Of a DNA stretch of 64,000 nt, positions 9,959-20,836 are shown piece after piece. Origin of the DNA: a virus. The notes beneath the pieces are model-generated. The model saw only the letters and a program-made list of their open reading frames with translations, searched no databases and was not told the DNA's origin. How positions within the stretch are numbered: the first letter of the stretch is position 1; each line of letters opens with the position of its first letter. The translations under genes were made by a program, and so were the position numbers. The DNA lies in IMG/VR virus record IMGVR_UViG_3300012176_000002, positions 53,474 to 117,473 of that record; one strand, 5' to 3'.

Positions 9959-10378
9959 TTACTTTGTTATAATGCGTATAGCCGCCTTTAATGTAGCTAC
10001 GTCTTCGGCGTTAATGTCAGTGGTGGCGCTGGTTTCGTGTAGCCTGTCTCTAATATCGCCTATGCCCTCAACCAGTAAGGAGAAATTACGTTGAATGTCG
10101 TTTTCAAGCGTTACCTTGATACCCGTTACATCAGAATCTATTGACGCTACGTCGGATTTTAGATCGGCAATATCTGATTTGACGTCGGTCATATCTGCCT
10201 TAAGTCCCGCCACGTCTGATTTGAGACCAGATACATCCGACTTAACTATAACCATGTCGGACTTAAGCCCTAAAACATCGGACTCAATACCATCAAGCTT
10301 ATCAAGCTTTGCATGTATTGGTTGTAGTTGTTTGGCTAACATGTCACTGACTACCTGAAGTAGTTCATTGTCGTGCAT
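9959..10378 (-). CDS. heptad-repeat coiled-coil protein
   Basis: (L/V)KSDVxG heptads; start after AAGGGAGG SD. Confidence 0.8.
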   Translation of the reverse strand: MHDNELLQVVSDMLAKQLQPIHAKLDKLDGIESDVLGLKSDMVIVKSDVSGLKSDVAGLKADMTDVKSDIADLKSDVASIDSDVTGIKVTLENDIQRNFSLLVEGIGDIRDRLHETSATTDINAEDVATLKAAIRIITK

Positions 10379-10401
10379 TTGGTGTACCTCCCTTTTGTGT
10401 G

Positions 10402-10430
10402 AGTATATCATATCCTCCAGAGAGTGTAAA
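10402..10430 (-). promoter_or_regulatory. sigma-A-like promoter for the coiled-coil gene
   Basis: TTTACA-N17-TATACT with extended TG; the -35 box lies inside the right repeat arm. Confidence 0.55.
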
Positions 10431-10449
10431 GCCTATAAAATTGTCAAGG
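10422..10449. repeat. right arm of 28-bp inverted repeat
   Basis: GAGTGTAAAGCCTATAAAATTGTCAAGG. Confidence 0.85.
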
Positions 10450-10632
10450 TGCGGTTGTTTCTATAAGTCAATTATACACTAGCCCCCGTATATTGTATAT
10501 AAGATATACACGTTATAATGTAGCAAATACTTAATTTTCTAAGATAATCGTTCATATATATACTGATTTATTCACAGGAATTAAAATCCGGCTTAATTAT
10601 ATTAAGTCCCCATAAATGAAAGGAATCTCACA

Positions 10633-10896
10633 ATGGACAATAATGCCAGAAAAAAAACCAGTCCGGCGCAACTAAGAGCAAACCGCAAATCAGACGCCCT
10701 CAACCGTGTTAAATACAATGTCAGTATGGGGAACAGACTGTACGATATATTACAGGACGCATTAATTAAGCGTGGTATATCACGCAATAGCTACACGGTT
10801 GAAGCAATCAAAGCTCAGCTTATTAAAGACGGCTATGACCTGACTGATGCACTGATACCACGACCAAAAGGCCGCAAGCCTAAAAAGGATGATTGA
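10633..10896 (+). CDS. small basic DNA-binding protein (ribbon-helix-helix-like)
   Basis: YNVSMGNRLYDILQDALIKRGISRNSYTVEAI pattern; AAAGGA SD. Confidence 0.6.
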   Translation: MDNNARKKTSPAQLRANRKSDALNRVKYNVSMGNRLYDILQDALIKRGISRNSYTVEAIKAQLIKDGYDLTDALIPRPKGRKPKKDD

Positions 10897-11116
10897 TTGG
10901 ATGTTGTCAAAAATGGGTGATCTGGGTGTTGTCCGTCTGCTACGCCAAATAGCAAACAAGTGTTCTGGTAGTAGAATACCAGATCCGGATGAGGTTGTCA
11001 AGCGGTTTTGAATATTAATTTGTTGGGGTGATTATCTGGGCGATTTGTTTAGTATTGGTATACTTCGGGTTTAGTATTGGTGTTTTATGTAGTGGGTGTT
11101 TGGATGGGGTTGAATG

Positions 11117-11187
11117 TTAAAATGGGGTTAAAATGGGGTTAAAATGGGGTTAAAGTGATACTAATGTGATACTATTGTGATATCATT
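11117..11187 (+). repeat. two abutting 11-bp tandem arrays
   Basis: (TTAAAATGGGG)x3 + TTAAA at 11117-11154, then GTGATACTAAT/GTGATACTATT/GTGATATCATT at 11155-11187. Confidence 0.9.
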
Positions 11188-12617
11188 TTTGTCTATTTTA
11201 TCTGGTCTAAACGAACTAGACCGAATGACTGCATTAAATTAGCCGATTTGAAATATGGAAAATATTGTACGGATAACAACAACATTTTTAAAATCATTAT
11301 ATAACTTTTACCACAAAGTTAATGTGCCAAAAAAACCTAATGTCACATTAACCCTGCAAAGTCAAGGGTTGGTGGTTGTATTGGAGGGGGATGGTTTACA
11401 TTCTGAGCAATGAATTATTGTCGTAGTTTGGTTCCAGCTATTCCATTCACACATCATAAAATTTCCCAAATCCCGAAATTTTCCCCCATTTTCGTTCGGA
11501 AACCGCTTCGGTCAAATATCATATTCCCTATCGTTTCACCAATCTTCAGACAGCTAAAAATCCCCTATATTACCCCATAAATCACCCATTCCTACCCTAT
11601 AACATAGAAATGTCAACACTTCATCGAATACCCCCATCTAAGGGCCAAAATCAGAATATTCCTATCCCTGAAAAATTCTTATTACAGTGCCAATAACAAC
11701 GCAAAACAGTAGAATTCCAACGCCTTTAAGAAAAATATCACTTCTTATTATTAGTCTCCACCGAACACCCCTAAGACGAAAAGAAAAATTAAAAATAAAA
11801 TGATGTTTGGCTGATTCGAAGAATCTGACAAACGAGTGGTCATCCGATAGGCGGCACTAGAAGGGTAAAGTAAATGACCACTCTACCCGCCCAATAGTAT
11901 ATCTCATATCCCGCTTATCCCCCCATTACCATCAAATAATCGCAGAAGACTATGACTTTTCTATCTTATAGGCGTTTTTTATCCTTATCATGGAGAAAAA
12001 TGCTCCTTTTTGATGCTAAAATCAAATTTAAATCCCCAGACAACCATTGATACCTAAACTGCATCCAGATTCAAAATTACTTAAAATACCCTCAATTTAC
12101 CCTATAAATCGCAACAAAGAATACCAACAGGATATCTCGGCTTTTCTTACTGGCAATTTTGTTCCCCTTTGAAGCATTCAAAAAGAACTTGCTGCCATTA
12201 AACATTCCAATAAGAGTTCTCCCGCCCCCCTTACAGGCGGGAGATATTATCGGGTTAGAAAATATTTTTTAAAAAAATGTCATTTACCCCTATTCGATTG
12301 AGAAGTTTCTACGCATATTAAACATTAGAAAGACAAAAAGGGTAAGAACCGTTCCCGCATATCTCCCCCTCGTCTTGCCTGACTATGTTATCTGGTTCAG
12401 AGAAACATCCCCTACCAAGAACAAATGAATTTTCTTTTTATTGGAAAACGCAGCCCCTCGCACCACTATATACATAATAATATATTCTTATATAATATAA
12501 CTGCACTTTTCTTTTAATTTCACATAACATTTTTCCTAAAACCGTCTTGGAAAAAGTAGTCCCAAAATACAATTTTTTGCGGTAATGATTTTTGACCCAC
12601 TTTAAGGAGGTGAAAAA

Positions 12618-13550
12618 ACGAATATTATACTACAAAGATCAGTCGTACAGAATCCTGATATAAGCCCTGATGGAATTGCAGTTTACATTTCCTTGAGAAG
12701 AACTTGTATCAAGTCCATAACAACCCGCTACGTCACACCAACATTATTATATTACGACCTTGTTGGGAATGACATTATCTCTCAGAATACTCAGCAAAAG
12801 ATCATTTCAGGGATTAACAACCTTTCTGATATAGGACTGCTAAGGATTTTAAAGGCTGAAAAACCCCACTATATCATTGACACAAGTAATTTAATCTTCG
12901 ATTCCAATGAGGAAGGCTTTCTGACTATTGATTGCGATGAAATATATCGGGTGGCTGAAGCGGATAAGGATAATTTTAAATTACTAAAATACCTTGTAAT
13001 CATGTTAAGTACCTTATCATCCAAAACGACAGTGTGCGCTAACAGTAAGATTGTAAAAAATGTTATTGGGAACTGTACTATAGAAAAATTATGCTTACTG
13101 TCGGGGGTGAATGAAAGAACCGCTCATAAGTACAACAAAATATTAGAGGATAATAAAATCATCTATATCTACCGCTTTGCATCCCGCTCAGTCAAAACCA
13201 ATAAGTACCCGACAAATATCTACGGCAGATTCTGCAATAAGCTTCACATTAATATGTACATATCCTCGACTCTTAACTACCTCCCTACTGATGAGATTAT
13301 TGATGCAAAAAAAACAATTAATCATGGTCGCTCAATGATTCAGAAATATAACTACATGTTGCTTGGCAAAGAATACCCCTTAGAAGTAGTTGTAGATATT
13401 TACAACTTTATTAATAGTCGAAACAAGAAATATCAAAATCTTTATGAATCAAGTGGGGATGAAACCTATTTGTCAAAGATCCGGGATACTAATATTTTTG
13501 ACAAATATGATTTTTTGCCCGAAAATTGGGAGGACGAATTATTTGATTAA
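12618..13550 (+). CDS. HTH DNA-binding protein (possible replication initiator or regulator)
   Basis: HTH-like TIEKLCLLSGVNERTAHKYNKILED; frame open from 12606; AAGGAGGTG SD precedes an in-frame ACG at 12618 (ORF track start 12693). Confidence 0.7.
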   Translation, partial: TNIILQRSVVQNPDISPDGIAVYISLRRTCIKSITTRYVTPTLLYYDLVGNDIISQNTQQKIISGINNLSDIGLLRILKAEKPHYIIDTSNLIFDSNEEGFLTIDCDEIYRVAEADKDNFKLLKYLVIMLSTLSSKTTVCANSKIVKNVIGNCTIEKLCLLSGVNERTAHKYNKILEDNKIIYIYRFASRSVKTNKYPTNIYGRFCNKLHINMYISSTLNYLPTDEIIDAKKTINHGRSMIQKYNYMLLGKEYPLEVVVDIYNFINSRNKKYQNLYESSGDETYLSKIRDTNIFDKYDFLPENWEDELFD

Positions 13551-13968
13551 ATCATCCGACGCAAAGTACTTTGACATAGCAAAGGACATAGCAGCGCTCT
13601 CCGATTTTCCCAAAGTTCATGTTGGATGCGTTGCCGTGTATCAAGGACATATAATCGGAACCGGCTGCAACACAAACAAAACCCATCCACAGCAAGACCA
13701 TTTCAACCGTTATCGGAATCGAAATCAGAATTGTAATAACTTCTCTCTTCCCAAAGCCCACGCGGAAATCATGTGTCTAAGTTCTATTCGAAATTTGGAG
13801 ATCAAGTGGAGCAAAGTGAAAATTTTTGTTTACCGGATTAGAAATGATTCTCCCTTCGGAATGGCAAGGCCGTGTCCTGCGTGTATGGCTGCTATAAGAA
13901 GTGCTGGAATTAGGAATATTTTTTATACTACTGACTGTGGATACGCTTACGAGAAATTACTAGATTAA
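13543..13968 (+). CDS. zinc-dependent cytidine/dCMP deaminase-family protein
   Basis: HAE and PCxxC motifs; TTG start after GGGAGG. Confidence 0.85.
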   Translation: MIKSSDAKYFDIAKDIAALSDFPKVHVGCVAVYQGHIIGTGCNTNKTHPQQDHFNRYRNRNQNCNNFSLPKAHAEIMCLSSIRNLEIKWSKVKIFVYRIRNDSPFGMARPCPACMAAIRSAGIRNIFYTTDCGYAYEKLLD

Positions 13969-13988
13969 AATAATAGGAGGATATTATC

Positions 13989-15377
13989 ATATTAACTTGT
14001 TTATTAGGGAGTGAAATAATTAATTGTTTTGACAACAAATATTCAAAAGAAATGTTGAAAAAATGGTCTGGCAAGAACATATTGATTTGCCCAGTTTGCG
14101 GTAATCCATATGAATATTGTCACGGGATGGTAGCTACCCCATATTTTCGTCATAAAGAAAAAGCAGAATGCCCAGATAAATACACAGAACCAGAGACCAA
14201 GGAACATATAAAGGGCAAGCAAGACTTGTATTACTGGATATCCAATCAAGATGATGTATCTGATGTTATATTAGAAGGATGGCTTCCGGAAACTAAGCAA
14301 CGCCCCGATATCATGTTCAAACATAATAAAATACAATATGTTATTGAATATCAATGTACTCCTATAGCAAGTGAATTTTATGAGAGACATTTGTTATATC
14401 AGGCGGCTGGTATTCATGATATTTGGATCTGTGGGACAGAAAAATATTTCTTTGATAGAGCTAGAGATAAGACTATAGAGAATCATTGCGATTGTTATTA
14501 TAATTCATCCTTAAAGCTTTTTGCCTTTAATAATATTAATTACCATCATCCCATATTAGATTTAAATGCAAAATATAACAGCAATGACAATGTACTTTTA
14601 AATAGGGTAAAAAGCCAAGGAGTAGGTATAAGAGAAGAAAAAGTATCAAGACTACCATTTTATTATATTGCTCCTGAAAATACAATATTTGATAATGATA
14701 AAATATGTTTGCATCAGGAGTTCTTAATTAATGTTAATCATAAATTAGAAATTAAAAAAACAATAATTGACATGCGAAAAGATTATAATGGGGAGATGAA
14801 ATTAGGTTTAGAAAGATTCTGTGAAAAATGTGTAAAACTCATACATGCAAAATATCAGAATTTCAGCAATTTTCACATAAGTTGTAAAAATTATAAGTAT
14901 AGATATAAAATAGAGATAGATAGTTATGTTTTTACTTTTCAAAAGAAGACAAATATAATTGATTTTTATGACTTAATACAGGAAAAATATGAACAGTATA
15001 ACTATACAGGGGAAAATATATATGAGGTAGTCAATTTGATCTGTAATTTTATCAATCCATTGATTCAAGAACTAAGCTTATATGATTCCTTTGTAAAAGA
15101 ATATAAAGATTACCCTTTCTATTTAATTATCGCCGAAAGCAAGAGGACGGATCAATATAAAAATGTAAGATTCAAATATCTTAGTGGCTTTCTAGACTCA
15201 TACTATTATTTTAGTACTGATTTTATGAAAGATTTTCTTAGTGTTTTAAAATTCAAATCTTCTCCCAAAATATTCATGATACCCTTCTCTGTTTATATGG
15301 ATCAAAAGATGCTTTTAGATATATTTAAAAAGCACGGATTTACTAATGTTAAATTTTTCAGCAAGGAGGATGAATGA
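13989..15377 (+). CDS. CoiA-like PD-(D/E)XK nuclease domain protein
   Basis: CPVC zinc knuckle, YFRH, PETKEH, RPDI, IEYQ motifs; ATA start after AGGAGG (ORF track start 14052). Confidence 0.7.
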   Translation: MLTCLLGSEIINCFDNKYSKEMLKKWSGKNILICPVCGNPYEYCHGMVATPYFRHKEKAECPDKYTEPETKEHIKGKQDLYYWISNQDDVSDVILEGWLPETKQRPDIMFKHNKIQYVIEYQCTPIASEFYERHLLYQAAGIHDIWICGTEKYFFDRARDKTIENHCDCYYNSSLKLFAFNNINYHHPILDLNAKYNSNDNVLLNRVKSQGVGIREEKVSRLPFYYIAPENTIFDNDKICLHQEFLINVNHKLEIKKTIIDMRKDYNGEMKLGLERFCEKCVKLIHAKYQNFSNFHISCKNYKYRYKIEIDSYVFTFQKKTNIIDFYDLIQEKYEQYNYTGENIYEVVNLICNFINPLIQELSLYDSFVKEYKDYPFYLIIAESKRTDQYKNVRFKYLSGFLDSYYYFSTDFMKDFLSVLKFKSSPKIFMIPFSVYMDQKMLLDIFKKHGFTNVKFFSKEDE

Positions 15378-17053
15378 CTAAACAAACCATATATGAAATT
15401 ATTAAACTACCAACTTCCGTGATATCAAGAAGTAAGAAAAAAGAAGCCCCTTCTAATGGCATAGTCTATAATTTGGGTAAATACTCCTACGAGAAAGCAA
15501 GTTCCAAATGCGAGATTGTTTCGATAGGAGATCACCAACTTTTTAGAAAAATAAGAGAATATTACGGTAACACAAAACACCCCGACGAAATATTTGATGA
15601 ACTTCACGATATTGGTGAAGCAATCAAACACCTTAAGTCTCAAACTAGTAGTGAAGATATTAAAAATCAAATCAGAAGTCTTGAAGACCAAAAACATAAT
15701 TTAATCTATGTAAAAGATGTAGTGAATGTGGTTGTTACAAATAAGGTGGCATATGAGTCAATTGCATTAAATGGATTTTTAATGAATGGAATAAGGTACA
15801 AACGATTCTGCTGCGGCTCCGGCCAGATGCGTAGAAATACCGTTACTTTCGTAAATGAACAATTATATGAGTACCTGCTGGAGCACTTGATGTGCGGATT
15901 ATATGGAAGAATAGAATCCATTTCTCTGGCAAAATTTTCTGCTTACTTCGCGCTCTCCTCTTCTTCCGTTCTATGGGTGAGAAAACCAAGAATTTGCGTA
16001 ATCCCCGACCTTGAAACATTGCTGCCAAACCAAAACATAGATTTTATTGTGAAAGATCCGGATGGATCAAAACACGTTGAAACAAGGGTGATGAATCTCA
16101 AACTAAATTCATGTGATGGAGAGGGACTAATATCCCCAGAATGTGCAGAATGGTTTTCTGCTGACATGGGATTAGATTATACGTGTTGCCAGTTTGTGGT
16201 ACGCACTCCGTTTGTAAAAGGATGTCTTCTAACATTTGACTTCAAGACTTATCTGAAAAATGTTTGTGGTACTGAAAAAATCAATAGCATTTATGGAGAA
16301 TGCTTTAAAATTGATGACATTGATGTCTTGCTAACAGAAAGCATGTTCAAGATGCATTCATTTTATAACAGCGTAAATGAATACCAAAGTTATCATGATG
16401 AGTACGATTTGCAATGGGGCATAGCAAGATATAACAAAAAGCAAGATAACGACTATTCCCTGTTAAATTATCAATACATCCAGAACAATAACCTAAATGA
16501 CAATGCAATTAAAAATTTAACCAATATGTCGGCTGATTGGTTTGAAAAAATTTGCTCAGGTGATAAGTTCTATACAATAATGTATGCTATTGGATCAAGA
16601 AAGGATGATTGCGATTTTGAGTCCATACAGAATTCATGTGGCAGCATTCATACAAAAGCTATTGTCCAAAACAGTCATATGCTAAAAGACGGATATGTAA
16701 GACGAAAAATATATGACAGCATCAAAGAAAGCTTTAGACAAGCTAAGTTGGGTAGGATATTTTGCCATGGCAATTACCAATTCATGTTGTCTGATCCAAT
16801 ACCGTTATTAAGGAACGCCGTTGGATTAGATCCCACTGGACTAATCCTCTCAGATCATATATATAGTAAATATTGGAATAATCATGCCCCTGTTGAAATT
16901 GATGCATGCCGTAGTCCTATGGTAGACCGGCATGAACATAATATTTTAAAATTGGCGAAAAATACTGAAATGGATTATTGGTATCAATACTTATACAGCG
17001 GGATCGTCTACTCCATCTATGACACAAGTACAATCCGGCATAGCGATAGTGAT
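15374..17053 (+). CDS. yonO: YonO-like single-subunit phage RNA polymerase, exon 1
   Basis: GSGQMR, DGEGLI, VRTPFVKG, RSP motifs; ends ...HSDSD at the intron boundary. Confidence 0.85.
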
Positions 17054-18213
17054 TAACATAGTAGTCACCCCATATTAGAAATAATTTGGGAAAAATTCGG
17101 TGAACCTGTAATTGCAGGGTGTGGCATTTATCAGCCGCTAACGGTGAAATTCTAAAAGCGATTTAATAAACATTATTTGTGGAGGTGTATTTAGGTCAAC
17201 AAATATTATGTTTATGAATGGTACAACATTAAAACTGGGTATGTGTTTTATGTTGGAAAAGGCAAAGGAAATAGAATAAATCAGACGCAAAAATCGAAAA
17301 GAAATAAATTTTTCATTAGATACATAAATAAATATGAATGTGCTGCCAGAATTATTAAAGATGACTTAACCGAGGAAGATGCACTCTTGTTAGAAAACCA
17401 GATTATAATTAGCTACAAAGAAACAGATCAATGCTGTTGTAATATGGATAATGGGGGTAGGAACGGAGGTTGCGCTTTTGCAGAAAACAATGGGATGTAT
17501 GGTAAAACACATACTGATGATGTAAAGGCTCTTATTAGTAAAATAAATTCCGATGGCAGACACAAAGGGGAAAATAATTCCCAGTATGGAATCTCTCCCA
17601 AAGACAGAATGTGTCCTGAAACATATAATGGATGGAAACTTAAGCAGTTAAACCGAAAGCATGGAGAAAGTAATCCTAATTTTGGCAATCACATTCTGCA
17701 TCAAAGATATTCAACTGATAAAGTCCTATCAAAAGAAAAACAATCTAGACCCAAGTCTAAAAACGGCAGGGCACAAAAAATATCCATGTATGATGAAAAA
17801 ATGAAAAATGAAATTAAATTCGATTGCATTAAAGACTGCGCTGAATATTTAATAGAAAACAATTTAACAAGAAGCAAAAATCCAGATATTATTTATCAAG
17901 GAATCTGGGCTGCTAAGCGCAAGAATAAACTGCGCTATGATCATTATTTTGTTTATTAAATTGCTCAAGAAAATACCGTGCCAAGCTTAGGTAGAAATAC
18001 CTATGAAGGTGTAACGACTAGGACATACAGGCTAAATCAATGATATGCCAATGAAGTCCGTACACGTTAGGTGAAAATCCTACGTGGAAGTTCCGAATAC
18101 GAATAAATATAGTTTATTCACGGTGGACTCGCTAACCACCGTCCTAACGTAAAACGAGGGTAAAGAGATAGTCTACTCCCCTAATAAATATCGGGAAACC
18201 GAGGGTATAAAGG
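17054..18213 (+). mobile_element. group I intron in the RNAP gene
   Basis: 5' exon ends in U and intron ends in G; AATTGCAGGG, GACTAG and AAGAGATAGTC core elements; removal restores SD|FDGD in frame. Confidence 0.9.
17195..17959 (+). CDS. GIY-YIG homing endonuclease (intron-encoded), NUMOD-like C-terminus
   Basis: YYVYEW...FYVGKG...R...E...N; GGAGGTG SD followed by in-frame GTC (ORF track start 17243 omits the first motif). Confidence 0.85.
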   Translation, partial: VNKYYVYEWYNIKTGYVFYVGKGKGNRINQTQKSKRNKFFIRYINKYECAARIIKDDLTEEDALLLENQIIISYKETDQCCCNMDNGGRNGGCAFAENNGMYGKTHTDDVKALISKINSDGRHKGENNSQYGISPKDRMCPETYNGWKLKQLNRKHGESNPNFGNHILHQRYSTDKVLSKEKQSRPKSKNGRAQKISMYDEKMKNEIKFDCIKDCAEYLIENNLTRSKNPDIIYQGIWAAKRKNKLRYDHYFVY

Positions 18214-19335
18214 TTCGACGGAGATATTGTCTTCACGACCGATAACAAAGAACTGATTAACGGCGCTTATCGCAAAAATAATCCAATTACTTATGACAAA
18301 GAAAAGGCCCCAAGTAGAGAATATACATATGAAAATATAATCAAGTGTGATTTAGATGGGTTTGACACGCTGGTCGGTCAAATTACGAATAATAGTACAA
18401 GCCTAAATGCAATGCTACCACTTTTCCCTAAGTCTAAAAAACCAGAGGAACACCAAGAAATATTAACACGCTTAAAGTTGTTAAGAGAAATTATAGGCGC
18501 TGAAATTGATAAAATCAAACTTGGTATAGCTCCCGAATTCCCTAAAGAATGGGTTGAGCGTGTAAAAATTGATCTCATAAACGATTCCCCTGAGATAATT
18601 GAGGAAAAGAAAAGGAGAAATTCTCTGGTAATTTGCAAAAAGCCTTATTTTATGATCTATTTATACGATGCGCTAAGTAATTCCTATAAGAATCACGTCA
18701 GACAATTTAATTTAGATTGCAGAACAAAATTTAAAATGCCCCTGAATGATTTGAAGTATAAAAAACGTAAAACCAGTGACGAATTGCATTTCTTGAATAA
18801 AGCTAACTACTTTTCTCCCGTTCTGGACACTCCCTGCGTTATGAATAAAATATGTCATATGTTTGAAAAGTTGCAAGATGATATTTCGTTTGACAATTCT
18901 TTTTCCGATTCTATTTTAAGAAATTTTGCCGAAGGAAAATACGATATTAGTGAAGATAAAATGAATGAACTACTTGTTTACTATAAGGAATATAAGTCTA
19001 GGCGTAAATTTTCATATGTGAAAAAGCTGCTGGGTGATCTATATACAAAAACTGATTTTGCTGAGTTTACCCAAGCAATGATGGATAACCTTATTAAAGA
19101 GTACAGAAAGAAGTGCCAAGATATCTCAACTAATTCAATGGAATTATTTCAATATATGATTCGCCTGCCTGAAGCCGTTGATAATTTTGATTATACTTTT
19201 ATCTGGGATATTTTAGGGGACGATATCTTAGATGCCATTCCAAAAGAAAATTCCATTATATACAAGGAATCAGAGACGGGCAGAGACTACTTAGGAAAAA
19301 AATATGAAGTAATGGAGGTTAGGATTATAAATTGA
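18214..19335 (+). CDS. yonO: YonO-like RNA polymerase, exon 2 (spliced product about 933 aa)
   Basis: FDGDIVFTTDN...GQITN, in frame with ORF 18412-19335. Confidence 0.85.
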   Translation, partial: FDGDIVFTTDNKELINGAYRKNNPITYDKEKAPSREYTYENIIKCDLDGFDTLVGQITNNSTSLNAMLPLFPKSKKPEEHQEILTRLKLLREIIGAEIDKIKLGIAPEFPKEWVERVKIDLINDSPEIIEEKKRRNSLVICKKPYFMIYLYDALSNSYKNHVRQFNLDCRTKFKMPLNDLKYKKRKTSDELHFLNKANYFSPVLDTPCVMNKICHMFEKLQDDISFDNSFSDSILRNFAEGKYDISEDKMNELLVYYKEYKSRRKFSYVKKLLGDLYTKTDFAEFTQAMMDNLIKEYRKKCQDISTNSMELFQYMIRLPEAVDNFDYTFIWDILGDDILDAIPKENSIIYKESETGRDYLGKKYEVMEVRIIN

Positions 19336-20144
19336 TAATTTGGGACGAATATGAATATGGTGAAACCCTGTATCACCGATGTCGCGTAAATTCTAATAAG
19401 TGGCAATTAAAGGAATTAAAGGCTTTAATATTTTACATGCTCGAAAACAATTTTTCATCAAAGGACATCCGCGAGAAGTTGTTGGAAGTATGCAATGATG
19501 AAATTAAGTATTTGTCGAGCAAACAAAGAGAAAGTGTTTTTAATAAACTAATTAGCCAGTGCAAATCATCAAAAACTATTAGAAATATTAAAATAGATGT
19601 TTACAAAACTGAATTGGATAATATTAGGAATATAGACAACCCTGATTACGAAAAATGTGTTTTTATTATGTTGATTTATAAAAAATGGTTGGATAAAGTA
19701 AATGAATTGCGTAATCGCAAGAAAAGTCCTTACTATGAGTGGTTCTCTCTCATAAAAGCAGATATTTTCAAAGAAGCCGGACTGTCAAAAATGAATGGAC
19801 TTTCAAAACAATCGATGTTGAATTACTTATATTTGAATGAATATATAAAATCCGATGTGAAAAAACTCACAAAAAGCGATCAAAGAATTGAGAATATTGA
19901 AAAGAAACAAATGTGGTCAGTACCATTTATTAAGTATGATGGGGAAGTAGCTTTTTCTATTGATGATTTTAGAAATGTAATTAACCAATATATCAATTAT
20001 AGGGATGGGGGGTTCTCAAAATGTGGGAATTGTGGAATTTTATTTTCCCCAACCAATAACAGGCAAAAATATTGCGCCGACTGTAGAAGGGCTGTCAATC
20101 GAGAAAAGACAAAACACCGCATGAGGTCTACAAGAAATGTTTGA
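19332..20144 (+). CDS. RNAP-adjacent protein with C-terminal zinc ribbon (putative transcription factor)
   Basis: CGNCG...QKYCADC; overlaps the RNAP stop. Confidence 0.7.
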   Translation: MIIWDEYEYGETLYHRCRVNSNKWQLKELKALIFYMLENNFSSKDIREKLLEVCNDEIKYLSSKQRESVFNKLISQCKSSKTIRNIKIDVYKTELDNIRNIDNPDYEKCVFIMLIYKKWLDKVNELRNRKKSPYYEWFSLIKADIFKEAGLSKMNGLSKQSMLNYLYLNEYIKSDVKKLTKSDQRIENIEKKQMWSVPFIKYDGEVAFSIDDFRNVINQYINYRDGGFSKCGNCGILFSPTNNRQKYCADCRRAVNREKTKHRMRSTRNV

Positions 20145-20400
20145 TTTAGAAACTCCGTGAAACATTGACTTTATGTAATTTCATTACAGCCTTGACCTTT
20201 ACGTAAAAAGGATAAGAAAGAAAAGCACATTATTCTTATTCAACTCTTCTCTTCTCCTTGACCTGCGCCAGGCACGATTTAATATCTGTTTGGCGCAGTG
20301 TATCCTTATTAAATATCTAATTATAAGGCGATTCGCCTTACTCAAAATCATAAAAAAAACAAAAATATTGATCAAAACAAATGCTGAAAGGATTTTTTAT

Positions 20401-20670
20401 ATGAATCGTAACGAATTAATTCAACTTGCAGAAAAAAATGGCATTACAAAAAAGAAAGCAGATGAATCACTTGATATAGTCATTGATCTGTTAAAAGATG
20501 CATTTTCAACTGGCAACGATGTTACACTAAGAGGATTTGGAACTTTTAAAGTAAGGTCATATAAACCCCATACCGGAAGAAATCCTCGCACCGGGGAAGA
20601 AATGATTACATCAGAAAGAAAGAGAATAACTTTCAAGACTGGTAAAACGCTGTTAGATCTTGTTAATTAA
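20401..20670 (+). CDS. hup: HU-family DNA-binding protein
   Basis: VTLRGFGTF...GRNPRTGE...TFKTGKTL. Confidence 0.92.
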   Translation: MNRNELIQLAEKNGITKKKADESLDIVIDLLKDAFSTGNDVTLRGFGTFKVRSYKPHTGRNPRTGEEMITSERKRITFKTGKTLLDLVN

Positions 20671-20753
20671 AAATATCTAGTTTTCTCTTTATTCACATTA
20701 ATAATCCCACTATCCGCTACCTTTATGGGTCTGCCTATAGTGGGCTTTTTTGA

Positions 20754-20825
20754 TGGCGCGTGGCTCAATGGTGGAGCACACGGCTGTTAACCGTGTGGTT
20801 GCAGGTTCAAATCCTGCCGCGTCAG
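20754..20825 (+). tRNA. tRNA-Asn(GTT), no encoded CCA
   Basis: Full cloverleaf; acceptor TGGCGCG/CGCGTCA; anticodon arm CACGG-CT GTT AA-CCGTG. Confidence 0.92.
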
Positions 20826-20836
20826 CTTAACAATAA

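Noticed and set aside
11117-11187. CRISPR array
   Set aside because: Repeats are 11 bp and contiguous, with no unique spacers and no cas genes
17192-17194. TAG stop-codon reassignment, suggested by an in-frame TAG just upstream of the GIY-YIG motif
   Set aside because: Many clear genes end in TAG followed by a new SD and start (25239, 33880, 34294, 35366, 36609), and long ORFs are not fragmented by TAG
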